64,000 nt of DNA from an uncultured Actinomycetota bacterium (GTDB lineage Bacteria; Actinomycetota; Actinomycetes; Propionibacteriales; Propionibacteriaceae): contig CAVZBQ010000003.1 in the NCBI GenBank assembly GCA_963773595.1, forward strand, positions 187,655 through 251,654, in the 5' to 3' direction. Of the stretch, positions 59,601 through 64,000 are shown in pieces. The first letter of the stretch is position 1. Each line of letters starts with the position of its first letter. The notes beneath the pieces were generated by a model. It did not search any database. It was not told where the DNA came from and saw nothing but the letters and a program-made list of their open reading frames with translations. The position numbers and the translations under genes were made by a program.

Positions 59601-62600
59601 CGGTCAGGGTCACGTTGCCGGTGTTGGTCACCAGGAACGTGTAGGCGATCGTCGAGCCGGCCGTCGTGCCGGACGGCGTCCCCGCCTGCTTGTCGAGCGT
59701 GATGGACGCCCCGGCGATGATCGTGGTGTCGGTGGAGTCACCGGCGCCCACCGGCGCACCCGTCGGCGGGGTGCCCGTCGACGGTGGCCGAGTTGGCCAC
59801 GTGGCCGCCGTCCACGTCGGCCTGGGTCAGCGTGTACGTCGCGGTGCAGGTGGTGGTGGCGCCGGGAGCCAGCGTCACGGCCGGGCAGGTGACCGTGCCG
59901 ACCTTCGCGTCGGAGACGGCGACGCGCGGTCAGCGTCACGTTGCCGGTGTTCTGCACGACGAAGCTGTAGGCGATCGTCGAGCCGGCCGTCGAACCGGAC
60001 GGGGTGCCTGCCTGCTTGTCGAGGGTGATCGACGGCGCGGCGGTGATCGCGGTGCTGGTGGTGTCGCCACCGGTCACCGGCGCACCGGTGGGAGGCGTGC
60101 CCGAGGCGGTGGCGCTGTTGTCCACGTGCCCGGCGTCCACGTCGGCCTGGGTCAGCGTGTAGGTCGCGGTGCAGGTCGTGGTGGCGCCGGGAGCCAGCGT
60201 CGCGGCCGGGCAGGTGACCGTGCCGACCTTCGCGTCAGCGACCGCGACACCGGCCAGGGTCACGTTGCCGGTGTTCGTGACGACGAAGCTGTAGGCGATC
60301 GTCGAGCCGGCGGTCGCGCCGGACGGCGTCCCTGCCTGCTTGTCGAGCGTGATCGACGGCCCGGCCGGGATCGTCGTTGTCACCGTGTCGGTGCCGGTCA
60401 CCGCTGCGCCGGTGGGCGGGGTGCCGGTCGCGGTGGCGGTGTTGACGACCGAGCCCGCGTCCACGTCGGCCTGCGTGAGCGTGTAGGTCGCGGTGCAGGT
60501 GGTGTGGGCGCCGGGAGCCAGCGTGGCGGCCGGGCAGGTCACGGTGCCGACCTTCGCGTCGGAGACCGCGACGGCGGTGAGCGTCACGTTGCCGGTGTTG
60601 GTGACGACGAACGTGTAGGCGATGGTCGAGCCGGCGGTGGTGCCGGACGGAGCGCCCGCCGTCTTGTCGAGCGTGATCGCTGGGGCCGCGGCGAGCGTGG
60701 TGTCGGTGGAGTCGACCGCAGGGACCGCCCAGTCGGTGCCGTGGGCGCCGAGCGCGTTGGCGACGTTGGCGATGTGGCCGGCGTCCACGTCGTCCTGGGT
60801 GAGCGCGTAGGTGGCCGTGCAGGTGGCGGTGTCACCGACGGCGAGCGGGGTGGACGGGCAGTCCACCGGGCCGACGGTCGGGTCGTCGACGAACAGGGTG
60901 TCGAGGGTGACGTTCCCGGTGTTGGTGACGAGGAAGGTGTAGTCGATGGTGCCGCCGGCGAGGTTCGAGCTCGGCACGCCGGCCTGCTTGTCCAGCGTCA
61001 GAGCCGGGTGCGCAGCGATGCCGGTGCTGGTGGTGTCACCGGCGGTGACCACTGTCGCCGGTCGGCGCGGTACCTGCTGCTGTGGCGCTGTTGTCCACGG
61101 TGCCGGCGTCCACGTCGGCCTGGCTGATCGTGTAGGTGACCGCGCAGGTGGTGGACTCCCCCGGTGCCAGCGTGACGACGGGGCAGGACACGGCGCCGAC
61201 CTTGGGGTCGGTGACGGCGATGCCGGTGAGGGTCACGTTGCCGGAGTTGGTGACGAGGAACGTGTAGCCGATGGTCGAACCTGCGGTGCTGCCCGACGGC
61301 GTGCCCGCGACCTTGTCGAGGGTGATCGCCGGGCCGGAGGCGATCGCGGTGTCGGTGCTGTCGATCGCAGGCTCGGTGAGGGTCCCGCGCCCGACGCCGA
61401 CGGCCGTCGCGGTGTTGGCCTTGTGCCCGGCGTCCACGTCAGCCTGGGTCAGGGTGTAGTTGATCGGCGTGCAGTCCACCGTTGCCCCGGGCGCCAGCGG
61501 CGTGGCCGGGCAGGTCACCGGGCCGAGCACCGGGTCGGTGACGGAGATCGGGTCGAGGGTGACGTTGCCGGTGTTGGTCACCGTGAAGCTGTAGGTGATC
61601 CTGCCGCCGGCCACGCTGCTCGTCGGGGTGGTCGCCTGCTTGTCGAGGGCGACCCCGATCGGTGCCCCGACCACGATCTCGACGGAGTCGGTCGCGGTCA
61701 CCGGTGCGCCGGTCGGCGGGGTGCCGGAGGCGGTGGCCGTGTTGTCGACGACGTCGGCGTCCACGTCGGCCTGGGTCAGCGTGTAGGTGGCGGTGCAGGT
61801 CGTGGACGCTGCCGGGGGCGAGGGCAACGGCCGGGCAGGTGACCGTGCCGACCTTGGCGTCCGCGACGGCGACGGAAGTGAGGCTCACGTTGCCGGTGTT
61901 GGTCACGAGGAAGCTGTACGGCACGGTGTCGCCGGCGTCAGGACCGTTGGCGTCGAGGTCGAGCAGCGCGCCCGCGGTCTTGGCGAGGGTGATCCCGGGC
62001 ACGTTCGCGATCGGGGTGTCGGTGGTGTCGGTGCCGGTCACCGGCGCCCCGGTCGGCGGCGTGCCGGAGACGGTGGCGCTGTTGGGCACGTGGCCGGCGT
62101 CCACATCGGCCTGGGTGAGCGTGTAGGTCTTCGTGCAGGTGGTGGAGGCGGACGGGGCCAGCGTTGTCGTTGCGCAGGTGACCGGGCCGACCTTGGCGTC
62201 GGTGATCGCGACACCCTGCAGCGTGACGTTGCCGGTGTTGGTGACGACGAACGTGTAGTCGATGGTCGCGCCGGCCGCGGTGCCCGTGGGGACTCCGGCC
62301 TGCTTGTCGACGCTGATCGCCGGGGCTGCCGTGACCGGGGTCGTGACGCTGTCGGTTGCCGTGACGGCTCCACCCGTCGGCGTGGTGCCGGAGGCGGTCG
62401 CCGTGTTGACGACGGAGCCGGCGTCAACGTCCGCCTGGCGTCAGGGTGTAGGTCGCCGTGCAGGTGATGGACGCAGCCGGGCGCCAGCGTCGTTGCCGGG
62501 CAGGTGACGGTGCCGACGGTCGCGTCGGTGACGCCGACACCGGTGAGGGTCAGGTTGCCGGTGTTGGTCACGAGGAACGAGTAGGCGATGGTCGCGCCGG

Positions 62601-64000
62601 CGCGGTTGCCGGACGGTGCGCCTGCGGTCTTGTCCAGCGTGATCGACGGCCCGGCCGTGATCGGGCTGTCGGTGGAGTCGGTCGCGCCGACGATCGCACC
62701 CGCCGGCGAGGTCCCTGCGACGGAGGCGGTGTTGAGCACGTGGCCGCTGTCGACGTCGGCCTGGGTCAGCGTGTAGGTCGTGGTGCAGGTGGTCGTCGCG
62801 CCCGGCGCCAGCGTCGTGGTCGGGCAGGTGACGGTGCCGACGGTCACGTCGCTGATGGCCACACCGTGCAACGTCACGTTGCCCGTGTTCGTCACGACGA
62901 AGGAGTAGGCGATCGTTGCGCCAGCGGAACTGCCGGTCGCGGCAGCGGCCTGCTTGTCCAGGGCGATCACCGGGTTCGCCGGCAACGTCGTGGTCGCCGT
63001 GTCGGTGGCGGTGACCGCAGCACCCGTCGGCGGGGTGCCGACGACGGTGGCCGTGTTGACCACCGAACCGGCGTCCACATCGGCCTGCGTCAGCGTGTAG
63101 GTCTTCGTGCACGTCGTCGCTGCGCCCGGCAGCGAGCGAGGTCACCGGGCAGCTGACCGGACCGACGCGCGGGTCGTCCACCGCGACCCCGGTCAGGGTC
63201 ACGTTGCCGGTGTTCGTCACGACGAAGGTGTAGGCGATGCGTCGAGCCGGCGGTGTTGCCGGTCGGGGCTGCCGGCAGCCTTGTCGAGGGTGATCGACGG
63301 ACCGGCGGCGATCGGGGTGTCCGTGGTGTCGGTCGCGGTGACCGGAGCGCCTGTCGGCGGGGTGCCAGTGGCGTCGGCGCTGTTGGCGACATGCCCGGCG
63401 TCGACGTCGGCCTGGGTCAGCGTGTAGGTCGTCGTGCAGGTGGTGGAGTCGCCCGGGGCCAGCGACGTGACCGGGCAGGTCACCGTGCCGACCTTCGCGT
63501 CGGTGATCGTGACGCCGTGGAGTGTGACGTTGCCGGTGTTCTGCACCACGAAGCTGTACGCGATCGTGCCGCCGGCAGTCGTGCCGGTCGGTGCTCCGGC
63601 CTGCTTGTCGAAGGTGATCGCCGGGTCAGCTGTCACGGCGGTGGTGACCGTGTCCGTCGCCGTGACGGGCGCGCCGGTCGGCGGGGTGCCGGTCGCCGTC
63701 GCCGTGTTGACGATCGACCCGGCGTCCACGTCGGCCTGGGTCAGCGTGTAGGTCGCCGTGCACGTCGTGGACGCACCCGGAGCGAGGGTCGCGACCGGGC
63801 AGGTCACCGGACCCACCAGGGGATCGCTGACGCCGACGCTCGGTCAGCGTCACGTTGCCGGTGTTCGTCACGACGAACGTGTAGACGATCGGTCGAACCG
63901 GCCGTGCTGCCCGACGGGGCTGCCAGCGGTCTTGTCCAGCGTGATCGACGGGCCGGCGGTGATCGGGCTGTCGGTGGAGTCGGTCGCGGCCACGCCGGTA
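56611..64000 (-). CDS. Giant cell-wall-anchored protein with at least 22 tandem ~108-aa DUF11/DUF7507-like Ig-fold repeats (5' end outside window; many frameshifts)
   Basis: [20 protein letters not shown]...LAPG...[16 protein letters not shown]...N.A repeated every ~324 bp; C-terminal LAYTG + TM + RRRRKA. Confidence 0.93.

Noticed and set aside
56900-64000. Tandem repeats as a DGR, shufflon or CRISPR-like array
   Set aside because: They are protein-coding domain repeats with synonymous variation; no reverse transcriptase or recombinase is present in the window.

Overview
High-GC (~70%) actinobacterial chromosome segment, most consistent with Propionibacteriales (Propionibacteriaceae-like). 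It is mostly core genome: acs, phoH2, uppS-trhA-dcd, mca-greA, ung-msrA, the mrpA-G Na+/H+ antiporter operon, an orphan adenine MTase, and the conserved mfd-mazG-eno-divIC-DUF501-ppx-tRNA-Leu(UAA) block. Two LacI-controlled sugar modules and a DUF222/HNH gene sit around the tRNA. The window ends in the 3' 7.4 kb of a giant sortase-anchored repeat protein. About half of the genes are split by single-base frameshifts, which I attribute to uncorrected long-read error, so many gene boundaries are approximate. The most unusual unexplained structure is the ~680-bp gene-free interval at 22.1-22.8 kb. It holds two related RNA-like modules whose terminal hairpins have exactly complementary 7-nt loops. 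Also notable: a REP-like palindrome inside the mfd coding sequence that matches repeats clustered beside the HNH gene, and a multicopper-oxidase gene collapsed by several internal deletions. Several operator and promoter motifs are readable. No CRISPR array, prophage or integrase was seen. All family assignments are from motif recognition; no database search was run.
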